The position numbers were made by a program, and so were the translations under genes. The notes beneath the pieces were generated by a model that was given only the letters and a program-made list of their open reading frames with translations, was not told the origin of the DNA and made no database searches. Positions 36,742 through 49,272 of a stretch of 64,000 nucleotides of DNA are shown here, in pieces (position 1 is the first letter of the stretch; each line of letters begins with the position of its first letter). The DNA comes from Phallusia mammillata (taxonomy: Eukaryota), in contig OZ281496.1 in NCBI GenBank assembly GCA_965637545.1, positions 2,480,001 through 2,544,000 of the forward strand. Direction: 5' to 3'.

Positions 36742-36990
36742 ACCGGAACCAAACCCTATTTTTTTAAAAAGCAGTCTGTATTACATTTTGTGTTTTTTAA
36801 ACAGTACACTGAGGAATATGGTGTAATGCGCGGTCAAAATAAAAAAGACCGGGTTTGCTCAAACCGCAACAAAACCCGAACCCGAAAATATACGTTTTTC
36901 AAAACTTGAACTGAACCCCTACAAACAAAACCAAGTGAACCCGAACCGAACCGAAACCCTTATGATAAGCGGTTCGACTTTCTGATCTAG
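36742..36990. mobile_element. Degenerate MITE with CCGAAC repeats
   Basis: Clustered AACCCGAACC/CCGAACCG motifs; ends poorly defined. Confidence 0.4.
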
Positions 36991-37755
36991 TTGCTTCAAA
37001 ACATATGTTAATTTCCACGTTGAACCAGATACAGCCAATGTTGCTCAATACAACCTACTTTGCATGTTTCAAGTATTTTGCGCACAAACGTTTTCTTTGG
37101 CAATCACTGACTTGTTTAATAGTCCTTTGGTTCTGTATTGAAGAGTCGTCCTTTGTGTCCGTTGCTACTCAAAACCACAGTTGTCTATTTACTAACCGTT
37201 GTATGTAAAATAGCATTGCCAGGTGAGGTACTTTATTGCTATTAATGGTAAATTTGTTGAATGTGTTGAATTTATGTAGAAACTGAAGATACGCTCTAAA
37301 TCAGCTCAAAAAATGCGTTATCATCAGTCCCTACATAAATTAAAGGCATCGAGCATTAGAAATAACTGTAGAAATGTCTCCTTTGATCTGCAAGTCAGTA
37401 CTGTATGTAAGGCGAGCTTTTTTCATGTCCACTCAACCGTGACAACTACGCAGTACACACGCATCGGTGCGGTAGAGTTACTAACACGATAACGAGGATC
37501 TACCCCCCAAAATGACCTAATTTCCGGTAGGTGGCGCAATAGATCATTCCGCGCCAAAAAGGCGTTTGCGCCACGTTTGCAACAGTTTAATTAAGTGGCG
37601 TTTAATTAAGTTTTTAGCTATAGGTGAATTAAGCTGAATTTAATTTAGTGTAGCTTAGTGAAATTTAGCGTCAGTGAAATTAAGCTAAGCTTTAGTGAAA
37701 TTAAGCTAAATTTAATTAAGTGTAGCTTGAAAACAATTAATTTTCGCAAGCAAAC

Positions 37756-40700
37756 ATGGTGAAGGACTCAAATGCACAAGATATGACTCCATGCAATGCT
37801 AAAGAAGCCACGTAGGTTGTTTTGTAAATAAATTGAGAACAAAAGGATAGTTATTTTTTTTGCAGAGATGAAAATGCAAGAACCTTGCATGAATTTGATT
37901 TTGCAACATTAAACCAAATTCAAAAGGTTGGTAATTGCGTGAAAATTTTGATACATGACTTAAAGTATATTTTTTTGGCTGCAGTGGTTTCAATGTAAAG
38001 AAACTGCAGAGAAATCATTTATGCAATTCCAAACTGTGACGGATTTAAAGCTACATTTGCATAAATCAAAGACATATGGTGGGTCTACATTTTAACCTTA
38101 GTTTAAAGAAATTTATTCATCTGCATATATGTAACATTTCAATAACATATTTGTATATGTACACATATATTTAAACACATAAACTTACAGACATTAAAAA
38201 AAGCAAAGTGTGTTGGAACAATGACACTCCATACATTACTGTTCAAAGTAATTGCTGGAAATCATTTCAGCAAAATGAGGAGATGGTTTTCAAGCATGCT
38301 TACACGATAACAATGTTTGAAGTTGCTATGTTTCCAACCTTTAAGGTATCAAAGTTGAAAGTTTAATTATTTTAAAAATATAATTTATTTTAAAAAGAGA
38401 TAAGGTTTATTAACAACCTGTCCTTTAGACATGTTCTTTGTGTTGTGATAAACAAATATTTCAGATACTTGGTCACACAATTTTCTGCTTTATATGTAGA
38501 ACAAGTCACAGTTTAGACGGTGGGTAGTAGGCAAACACATCAAAGAAGCACTTTCAACTGGAAAGCAGCTGTCTCAACATACAGCATTTTACTTAAACGT
38601 TATAAAAATTCCCATTGACATGGTTTGTATAGAACTAAATGTACTTAGTTTTCCTTTTGTGAACGTATAGTTGTTATAAAAGAAACATGTCCTTACATTA
38701 AATATTTTTCAGCTCCCCTAAAGTCATTTTATTATATTTGTAGCAGTTAACGGAGACATTGCCTACAGAAAAAATATGCAAGTAACTCAACCAAGTAGAT
38801 GAAACAAATTTGAAAGTTTTGTTGTCCTATACTTTTTATGTGGTTTAATAAACTATTATTCTAATACATTTCAGTGGTTTTCTACGTTTAAACAAGCCGA
38901 AAGGGCAGTTGAGAAGTTTGAAATTACCACTTTAACCAAATTTATTGTGTACCAAAAAAAGTGTTATGGTATGTGAAACATTTCTATTGTATACTATTTT
39001 GTAAAAATCAACGGTCGCGTATTTATTGCTGATCATGTTATGTTGACAAAGATATCTCAAAAAGTGGTATTCGATGGGACAAAGATTTTATCCCATATGT
39101 TATTGTAAAAAGTGTGTGGCTGGAGTGCCAACATGCCAAAGATCAAAATAAGAAAATAAATGAAAAACGTAAACCATGCATTCCCAAACAGGTATGCTTG
39201 TGTGTTACTCATTACATTGACTAAAAGACAAAAATAGTATTTTGTTGTTGTGTGCAGTTGCTTGATCATCCAAATCCTGCCAAAAAAAAGATGTGTATTC
39301 AAGGTTCAAAAAAGTGCAACTGCAAAGCAAAAATACTAATACAAGAAATACTAAGGTTTCCCCAATTTCAAGTGAGTATTTTTTTCATGTTAATACTCCA
39401 ATAAAAAATAATTTCATATTTACTGATGTTTGCTGTTGTTAATATCAGGTTATGGCAAGATCTCGAAACCCTAGGAATAAGTCAGCTGTGCTTATTCACA
39501 AGGCTTTGAAAGATGAAGCTTCAAGGGTCCATGTTATTGGAGAAGTATGTGATAAACACCATTATTGATTCCAACATATAAATGTTTTTTTTTGATTTTT
39601 TAAATCTTTACCTTTTATTCTTTCTACCAAATATCTCCATAAGTGATCATTGTTTCACCTAATATAATAATTTGACATACATATATGTGTTTGTTTGTAT
39701 TGTAGGCGGCAGGATTTCTTCAAATGGTTGATAAGCGGATTATTGCTAAAATTGATGAAATGGTAAATGAAGGCATATGCAACATTGGGGAGATCATGAG
39801 AGGCCTAAAATTATTTGTGGTGCATGAACTGTTTAAAAATGATAATGTACCATCAAACACAAACAGAAGATTTTTTCCGACAAGAAAGGATGTCGAGTTT
39901 TGTACCAAGTGACTACTATGCCTTCCCCTTCACACAAGGTAACTTCAAAAGCTCCCATTGTCAAGCCAATTTTGAACAGTTTTACACCAAGTGTAGAAAG
40001 CCTTAGAGCAGTGGTTCTCTATCTTTTCCGGGTCGCGTACCACCTGAAATTTTTTTTGTATCGCTGCGTACCACCTAATGTCTCAAACCCTGTTTGAATA
40101 GATACCAAGAAATAAGCCAATTTTCTCAACCCGGCTAGCATATTTAGCAATTTCAAAAGAAAGTCAAAAAACACGAGTTTCGCCCAAACCAGGGCTGATC
40201 AGTTGGGTCAGTTGAGTTGCAATTTTAGATTGGACGTAAATTAGGTATCGCAGAAAGCTACTCGCGTACCACCTGAAAAGTCCCGGCGTACCACTGGTGG
40301 TACGCGTACCACAGTTTGAGAACCACTGCCTTAGAGGTTACAAACGTAATGAACAAATTTTGGTAAATGGAACAGATTACCTTTCAATTGTGGAGTTAAA
40401 GTCACTAGAACCAACTTTACCAAAACATGAAGAGCAACTATTAAAAAGAGTTGATGAACGCTTTGTAGCTGGATGGCTTTATGGCGAAGTAATTAACAGT
40501 TTTTTGTGGCAGATAGTTTTTGCCAACAACCATACTTTGTATGTCTGTTCTATGGTGGCACAACACCTTGAAAAAAAGGGTCCCATTGAAAATCTTTGGC
40601 GCGGCATGTCCCTTACAGACAAAAAGCTTATTTTCATTCCATGGAACCCATCGCAGAGCCACTGGATTCTTTTGACAAATGATATTAAAAAACAAAAAAC

Positions 40701-41150
40701 TTATTTACTTGGATCCTATTGATATGCCTTGTATTAGGACAAGTACAAAGCTTCAAGCTGCAAAGGAGTTGGCTGATTACCTGCTGGCTGAAAAATTCCA
40801 TTTCCAACTAGAATCAGTGGAAGTTCCAATGCGAACCCCACAAAACGATTCTTCTAGTTGTGGTGTTTTCATTTGCATGTACGCAAAATGGCTTGCAGCA
40901 GGCACAAACCTTATGCAGCCTGCTTTCACATTTGTATGTCGAAAAAATATGTTCCACTGTGTTTCTGGTAACTGTCTTCAAGGAAGTCTGAAGAGAGACC
41001 AGTGTAAAATATGTCAAACTGGCACCATGTTAGACAATACCAGCATTATGTTAAGGGAATGGGTTGAGATGCAAACAAGGATTTCACACCAGCTGTCTTT
41101 ACACAATTTCACAATGTTCCATTGTGGACAATAGGTTTATATGCCCTTAA
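37756..41150 (+). pseudogene. Multi-exon CaRF(ALS2CR8)-like domain + Ulp1/SENP C48 protease + degenerate PHD finger
   Basis: Exons encode WLECQHAKDQN, QGSKKCNCKAKI and ELFKNDNVPSNTNRRFFPTRKDV; then GWLYGEVIN, HWIL, YLDP, QNDSSSCGVF; then CKIC...CKQGFHTSC...FICP. Broken by a MITE and homopolymer frameshifts. Start codon tentative. Confidence 0.72.
40009..40328. mobile_element. hAT MITE inserted in the Ulp1 coding exon
   Basis: TIR CAGTGGTTCTC; exact TSD CCTTAGAG. Removing it joins FTPSVESLR to GYKRNEQ in frame. Confidence 0.95.
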
Positions 41151-41287
41151 ATGCTGCAATATCTAGTTGTGCATGTAATATACAAAATATTTTTTTTGCA
41201 TTACATTGTTTAAAAAGTTTATCAGTATCAGTACAAATGCTTTAAAAGTGTTATTACCTAATAAGCATTTTTCCTGAAACACATTAT

Positions 41288-42000
41288 TGTGGTCAACCCT
41301 TAAGCTTATTCGCTTGAACGCCTGAGTGTGGTTAACCGTTAAGCTTTTTTGCTTGAACGCCTGAGTGTGGTTAACCCTTAAGCCAGGGGTGTCCAAACTT
41401 TTTTTAATGGGGGCCAATTTTTACCAGGTAAAGACGCTCGCGGGCCAATTTTTTTTAGAATTAGATACAAATATACGAGATTTTTGAGGAAGTTGTGAGA
41501 TTTCGTTGCGTCAGTACCATGTACACTTCATTTTTACCAGTAAAAAAGGTTCCATGGAAAGCTTTAAAGCTTATCCGGGAAGTCACAAGTCGCCACAACC
41601 CAAAACCTTAATCCAAACTATGGCAGGCCATACGCAACCCAATTAAAAAACAGCCGCGGGCCACGTGAAATGCCGCCGGGGGCCGCATTTGGCCCGCGGG
41701 CCGCACTTTGGACACCCCTGCCTTAAGCATTTAGCTTCAACGCCTGTGTGTGATTGACTCACTGCAATAGTATTTTACTATTACGGCAAGAAGTTTTGAA
41801 CACTTCAACAGGTGTGGTTAGCCTTAAGTCTGCAGATTTAAACCCTGTAGTCTTGAACGCTTAAAGGTGTGGTTAACCAAAAAGCCTAAGGCAGTAAAAA
41901 AACCCAAGGCTTGAACGCTCAACAGGTGTGGTTGTACTACAAACCCCCAGTTTCATAGGGCTACTGGCGAGGCGTCTGGGTTATCCCATGGGTGTGGTTG
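41288..42000 (+). repeat. Dispersed short repeats CTTGAACGC-N4-6-GTGTGGTT
   Basis: About 7 TGTGGT(T/C) cores near 41288, 41326, 41366, 41812, 41867, 41926 and 41993. Confidence 0.7.
41384..41720. mobile_element. hAT MITE (GCGGGCC family)
   Basis: TIR CAGGGGTGTCCAAA; exact TSD CCTTAAGC. Confidence 0.95.
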
Positions 42001-42197
42001 GAATTCTCATGATAGTTTACATGAGTTCTCATATTAGTAAATAAAATCCTAAATATTGTTATCTTTTCATCATAAACATAACTGCCAAAGAACTTGTATA
42101 TATGGAACACATTATGCAGACACTTTAACAATCACTGTTGTGATCATCAGCACATTGTTATTTTTACTTAAAAACTTTCAAAAAAGACACTATAAAC

Positions 42198-42706
42198 TAG
42201 TGATGTACCGAATCGGCTAAATTTCGATTCGGCCGAAACCGAATATTCGGCGGTTTTGCCGAATAAATTCGGCCGAATCAACCGAATCATTTATGACGTC
42301 ACGCGAAGTCGTACGCTACGCGTTTGACGTGAAAAAATGTTTATCTACCAGGCAGCCAGTGCAAAATCGTTGTGTTTCGTCCTTATTTCAGTTCTGTGGG
42401 GTTTAAAATTGCCTTAAGCATGATTGGCAACCTGCCAATGAATTACTAATTTTTTTGACTACCGTGGGAAAAACGATAATGTGTTGAAAAAGATAAACAT
42501 TGACGCAATTTTCGTTATGTTTGGGCTTTTGAAAGATTGCGTGGACCTTAATAAGCAGAAAAGACACGTTTAACGCGTTAAATTTGTGTTCGTAAAAGAT
42601 TCGGTTTGGGCCGAATCGCAACAAATTATTCGGCCGAAACCGAATCTTTGCAAAAATGATCGATTCGGCCGAATAAATTCGGCAAACCGAATATTCGGTA
42701 CATCTA
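42198..42706. mobile_element. hAT MITE with CCGAAT/ATTCGG repeats
   Basis: TIR TAG(TG)ATGTACCGAAT; exact TSD CTATAAAC. Confidence 0.92.
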
Positions 42707-44631
42707 CTATAAACCACTTGTTCATTTTAATTTCTCTTCTTTCTGCAAAGCACAGCAACAGTTTCAAAAAACTTCACACTTAAAGGCTTTTACCATACTT
42801 ACATTTTCCACTGGGGTGTCCTACAAAAATGGTGATGTCATTAGCTCTATCATAGACATAGTCAATTGGCATAAACACCTTACTGAAATCCACTGTCTAT
42901 GTGTTACAAATAATTCTACATACTTACTTTTTTTTAATGGGACTCTTCTTAAGTCTAAAAACACAATGTTGTCATCTATTTTATAAACAGGCATATTTTA
43001 AAAAATTGGTCTTACTTCTGTTCTGAAATTTGCTTCTGGGAAGCCATCTGTAAATAATAATGCAATAGATGGATTAATTACACCAAATTTCAGTTACACC
43101 ACATTGCTTACTTTGCATTTGGAAATATTTTATTTTGTCTGTGAAATATAAGACATATAATAGTAACACATAGTATGGTAATGGTTATAAACAGGTCACT
43201 TACTGTTGTAGGGCCCTAAATTTTCGATAAGGCATAAACCTGTAAAATTGAACATATATACAGCATTTTTATTTATGTTAAATCATCGGGCACACAGATT
43301 TCCTAATTAACAATCAACTTTATTACCTTTTTTGGCAATTTTATTTATTTATCTGTACAATAAACACAATAAATTAAGTTCTCTTGCTAAATTTTTAACG
43401 ATTACTTTACAATTTAAAACAATTCACTTTGCTGTCAGCTTGTTGCTGCAGCTCTATGTGACAATTATCACAGTTTATAAATTTTACGTCCATTTTTTGG
43501 CAACTCTACATGATAATTAATAAATTTAATGTCAATTTTATAAAACAAATAAAACATATTTAAACTACGCACCACAATCTAAGTACACTTTAAATGATAC
43601 ACCTTTTTGGCGCGAATGCTCTATTGCGCCACTTACTGGAAATTAGGATCATTTTGAGGTGAGATTCTCGTTATGGTGTAAGTAGCTCTACCGCTTATCG
43701 GCTTGTCAAGTCATGTTAGAAACGAAAGAGATGGAGCAACACAAAACAGGCGTTTGTGCAGAGACAATGACGGTAAAATAGAAAGACCGATGGCATACTT
43801 TGATGCGCATAAGTAAAAACGGTGGTGAGGTCACTATAATATTACATTTGTGTCGGGTTAGTTTTGTTGTTATTGTCATATGCAGCGGTTTATTGCAGTT
43901 ATATCATATTGTAAAATGCAAGTAAACAGCTATATAGTTAAGTTAATTTTGAACCTGCAATATAAAATAACCGTTTAATCAACATTTAATTTGCGTGCAA
44001 GTACGGTGGTACACCCTGGTGATGGTGCGTCTAATTTTCATGTATCTTGAATAAGCACCTCGCTACATCCATTAAAAAGTGATGCTCAAAAAAGTTTTTG
44101 TTTAATACTTTTATTTACACTTACAATAGATAACATTTACAAAAATTTAACTGACATGTGCTAAGGGAATAAGAGTTAAAAACTTTAGGTAGAACAGTTT
44201 ATCTATGTAAACAAAAGGTTTCTTGTCGCCCGATGGACAAATGTTGCAATAAAGGGGCAAAAGATTAAAGCAGCCCTTCTCGTATTGCTTTGAGCAAGGT
44301 TTAATGCTGACACATCATAGTAGAACGTAGTTTCATCTGCCACAATTTAGTATAAAAGCGATGGCGAACATTTTTAATTAGAGTACATAACTCGGAAAGA
44401 AACAAAGTGAGTACAGATTTTATTATATGTCAACATCAATGAGAAACTTGTTGCTGCATCTTCTTTGCAAGTCTTGCAATCCTAAGCTTGAAATGTATAG
44501 TTTTTAGCCTAATACACGCAGCAGTCATATCTAAGGCGAGACGAAACGTCCTACCACAAGAATTGACTTCGGGTTTCAATTTTCTTTCATTGCAATCAGT
44601 TACTAGCAAATAATTCTAGATTAGACTAAAC

Positions 44632-45162
44632 CAGTGGTTCTCAAAGTATGGGTCGCGACCCAAACATGGGTCGCGCAGGGTCACAAAATGGGTCGCGCTG
44701 TGGTGATTCAATTCTGCCCAAACGAACTTTGTTCATTTCAATTTTCAAGTATTTTTAATTCTCAGTCATGACTGAATTATTGTATCATAGGCATTTTATG
44801 TGGCTTTATCTTAGTAACCTTGGAGTATTGCAGCATAAGTAAATGGTTTTCTGAGAGTTTTGATAGCACCGTAGCCAAATACAGCCTCACTCGACAACGC
44901 TATGCAGTAAAATGAACCAATCATTATAACATGCAGACAATAGCCTTCCAATTATCTGTTACGCACACGGCGATTGTAACACGTTAGCACGGGGAATGAT
45001 AGGAGGTTAATCATACCAAAGTGAATTTTGGAAAGTAACAGTTAGCGTTGATAACTATTCATACAAAAATAAAAAATACATTTTTGTTGTTTGAGGCTTG
45101 GGTCGCAAGATGTTCATAAATCTCAGATTTGGGTCGCGGTCAAAAAAGTTTGAGAACCACTG
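44632..45162. mobile_element. hAT MITE (GGGTCGCGACCC family)
   Basis: TIR CAGTGGTTCTCAAA; exact TSD GACTAAAC. Confidence 0.95.
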
Positions 45163-45909
45163 GACTAAACAGTATAATTTTAAACCTTCAAATAAATCAA
45201 TTTAGAACCTTTCTTTGCCAAATGAAGTTTAGGGGGACTAGCACTTCAGCAATTTACGTTTTTAATTATACATATGTATCTGCCTTTCCACGAGCACGGG
45301 TTTTATTCTGTATCTTGTCTGGAAATCTGCATTTTGTTTACGCCAAATTTCCCTACCGGGTTGACTATGGAATGACCAGTACAACATGAATGCCATCAAT
45401 CCTAAGCATTGAAACTGGTATGGAGCAAGTTGTACGTTTATATAAACATATTTGTTGCCCAACAATTGACTCAACAACCTGTATTTTAAGACAATAGGCA
45501 TTCTGGTTATAGGCTTGAAGTTAACTGTTGTGTTGCGTTTTAACAATCATTATAAATTTCTGAAACTACAAGTGGGTCACTGAAATTCACGTGGCGGACT
45601 ACTTCGTGACCCGCGGATCAGTGGTTTCACAATCTCTGTTCTAAAGCGAACTTCTTAATTTATTTGTTTTAATCAAATTCTCCTCTTCTCAGTTGGTAGG
45701 GTCAGCTACTAAATTTTGTTTCAGCGCAAAGAATAATATAATAACAGTGTACATTAAAGATGTATCTACGCGTAGAAACAAAAGGGTTCTGCTGGAGCTA
45801 CAATAGCTGTTTAGCCGTATTTAGTTAGGTGATCCCGAATTTGGCCTAAGATTTTGGGGAAAGGCGAGAAAGTTATCTTTTACTAAATAAAACTAGCTTA
45901 CCCAACCCT

Positions 45910-46610
45910 GACCACAAATATAGCGGAATCACCGCCCCTAACTTGGTAAAAACCAGGTCAGCCTGCACTAACGGCTTGTCGCTAAAACCAAAGTTGAGAT
46001 GGTCACACCGAACAGGGCCTCAACTAAAACAAGTTTAATAAAATATATAAAAGGCGGTAACACTAAATAACGAGCCCCTTTCAACGTTTCAACACAATAC
46101 GATACAATACAAAATCCAGCGCTACCACGTTTTTCCACTGCACTTACAAGTCACAACACTGCGTACCACACGAGGCCCAAGCGAGAACTGCCTCAAATCT
46201 AAAACGAAGCACGGCAGGCACAAAGTCACGTGATCTCTGCGTCCAATTACAACGTACAGGTGCGACACGTCGACGCCCAAATCATTGGTGCGAGACAATT
46301 GATAAAGGAAGCGAATGTAGCGGTACATTAAAACGTGTGAATACATAACGTGAAAACGAAAATACAAACAAATATAACGTTAAATAAAAGTGTGAGTGGT
46401 AAACATTATGAAAAATGTGCGTGGTAAATATTATCAAAATATAAACAAATATTAACAACATTGTGAAAACAAGGTACATTAAAACAAATAGTGTAAAAAA
46501 TCATTAGGAAAACAACTGTGAAAATAAAGTAACAAACTTATGAAACATTAATTATTACCGGTGCAGGAATAAAACAAAGAAAATAACAATGTGCGTACGC
46601 GCTCATTACA
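45910..46610 (-). mobile_element. Solo-LTR-like sequence related to the LTR of Gypsy 1
   Basis: Minus strand starts TGTAATGAGCGC; shares CTGCACTAACGGCT.GTC and TATA(A/G)CGG blocks with 4370-4420; similar length and strand asymmetry. No TSD confirmed. Confidence 0.55.
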
Positions 46611-48856
46611 GCTGTCTCTATCCGTTTAAACAAGGCAAATTTGTGCATAAATGTTTTTGAAAAAGGAGAAAGTGAGTTCTGCGTATTGACTGCAATTTTG
46701 GTAAATTCAATTAAGCAAACGTCGCCAAGTACTTGAAGAAAATACATGGGCGGACAGACAATGAGGTAATAACAATTAAAAAAGTTGACATTTCTGCGGA
46801 CAAAAAATTAGCCCATATGCAGGCAGGGTTATTGGAAAACTGCATTTTTTAAACAAAACACTCGTGGCATATAAATAGTGGACCTCGTGGTGGTACATGC
46901 ATATAGAATTTATCGCATGACTGCTCATTTGTATGTGAAGAGGAAAAAAAATTGCAATCGCTACAAGTACAATACGCCATGTTTTTGTGCAACAAACAAC
47001 ATAAGGTTAACGCGTTGTTGGACATTAAATATACAACACAAAACTATACAAAATTGTACATTTTAGAAAGTTTCTAACAATGCAAACGCAGATTGCCTGC
47101 ATTAGGCGTTTGAAACGGTTTTATACTTTTCAAGGACAAACAACAGTCGCTTTACACCATATTTTGCCATCGCAAATTTCAGACGTAACGTTGTTTTTTG
47201 TTTTGTTTCTAGAGGTTGTTTATAGTTGCCAGGCAGTGGGTTATATCCTTTGGTGTAGTGAATATCCTTTGGTGTACTGAAATTGACAGTTCTCCGCTCT
47301 TGAGCACAATAGTGGTTAAAATCACGTCGCTTCTAAAATCACAAGCAGAATAAAGAAATAATAATGACATATTTTACTATTTTTTTTCTGCGACTAGCAG
47401 CAATACCAAATGCAGTTTGGACAAACAATCTTTTTTATGATTTTTTTAATGTGCTTCAATAGTACCTAATATTGTGGTGGAGCAGCGTCTTAAGTGCCTG
47501 GGGATCGAACTGTTTTACAATTTGGGCATACAACCAATTCCGCACTTAAAGGGATAGTTTCGGCTAGCTATTACTGACAAACATTTTACAAGAAATTAAT
47601 ATGTTCGATAAAAACAGAACACGAATAAAGTTTTATTTAAAATACGTAAATATAGTTTGCATGTATTTAAGATGGAATAAAGGGTCGTATAATAATGTTC
47701 ATTATTCATTTCCTCGAAAATAATAAAATACGCATATCGAGTCATGCTCGGAATCTTTGACATGCTTCGCTTGTTCCCTTATTTGGGCGGCTTTAAAGAC
47801 TGCCTAGTTAGCGTACGATGCTATGTAGCAGCACTGTTGGCATAAACAATATATTCCTACATGGTTTAGCTTGGGAAAATCACCAACACGATTGTGTACT
47901 TGTATAGTTAAACTACGTGATACTTAGGCCAGGCGCGGTCTACAATGTCGAAAACCTGTATAGAATACTTTGTGGACATGGCCGTTACATGCGGAGCCAT
48001 GTAAAGATTTACTTTCGTGGAACCAAAAACTAGAAAGGTGGCTTTCTAATATACTTCCATTTTTTTTATTCTTATATCCTACATACCAATTTACTATGCA
48101 CATCATTTGATCCACACATATGATTGTTTTTGCAACCAAAAACTAATGGGTCCGCACACGCGTGTTTGTGCAGACTTATGATTGACAAATGTTCCGGTTA
48201 TTTTTAGATTCTCAGGGACAAATTATCAGAAAGCATTAACCCGACTTTACAAAAGTTTTATCCGTATTCTTTTTGGATCATTATTGACATATAATTAAAA
48301 AAAAACAGTAAAAAAGAAACGGAAAAAAATTAAATTAAATCTCTTGCTTTGATCTTGATATTGTCGTCCAAGGTCAGTTTTTAAACACAAATCTTCCTAT
48401 AAAGCCTTAACACTGGTATTACAGACACTATAAATTAAAAAGCTATTTGCTACAAAAGGTATACAGCATAACAAAATGTTTTTCACTTAACTTTGTTACA
48501 CAAAACGAATACCATTGACTTGTAGTAACCTCTCACGGTTCAGACGCCGAACGACCGTTTAATGACCCTTTCGCACCGTTTTCAATAGCACGCAGTCCTT
48601 AATATTTAACAATATCGTTTTCCCTTTTTTATACATGACTTAAGTATTGATTCTTGAATTGGTTTGTCAAAAATAAAGAAGCAACGTTGTGACGAAAAAT
48701 CGTTCTTAACTGTGCGGCCAAGCTGACAACGAAAATTTAAAGACCATTTATCGCGGCTTTCGAAAAAGTCGGTCTTTATTTTTGCACGTTGTGACGTGCT
48801 TGCGTTTTATTGTTTTTTTCCTTTGTTTATCGTGCACTGTACTAGTCGAATTCAGT

Positions 48857-48910
48857 GTTATTTAACCTGATGAAGACGACCTGTATAGGACGTCGAAACG
48901 TCGGAATAAA
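48857..48910 (+). ncRNA. Minimal type I hammerhead ribozyme motif (Penelope-like element)
   Basis: CTGATGA (48867) - A GACG...CGTC stem II - GAAA - palindromic ACGT stem III - GTC cleavage triplet; TTATT/AATAA stem I. Confidence 0.65.
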
Positions 48911-49272
48911 AATACATTTGCCAGAAGAGCTCTTTGAACTTGATACTATGCCTGGCAGCAATAGCTTATTTATCAACTTTGATATTATGCCGTTAACTAA
49001 AAATTATTCTATATGTATGAGTATAAAAGCAATCTTAACTGTTAACAAGGTCGAATGGCATTGTTGACCAGCGATTGATTCATGGTCGCGTCTTTTCGTG
49101 CTGATTTTGCCCAAGTAGTTAAAATTTGATATATTGTCCTGGTATGTGTTAATTTGCTCTAAATCCCCAAAGCTTTATTAGAAGTGAAATACTAAGACTT
49201 GTTTATCTAGTTTAAGTTATGATATTTGAAAATGCAAAAGTTTCGGGAATCTTGTACCTTTTAGGAGATGTT

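Larger units (their letters stand above)
37469..43694 (+). mobile_element. Non-autonomous DNA transposon with ~94-bp imperfect TIRs (MULE-like, inferred)
   Basis: 37469-37562 and 43602-43694 are reverse complements at roughly 85% (GCGGTAGAG...CCTAATTTCC..TA.GTGGCGCAATAGA..ATT.CGCGCCAAAAAGG); TSD not resolved. Confidence 0.7.

Noticed and set aside
37461-37468. 8-bp TSD for the long-TIR element (GCATCGGT vs TTATCGGC at 43695)
   Set aside because: Only 5 of 8 positions match, which is not enough to assign a superfamily.
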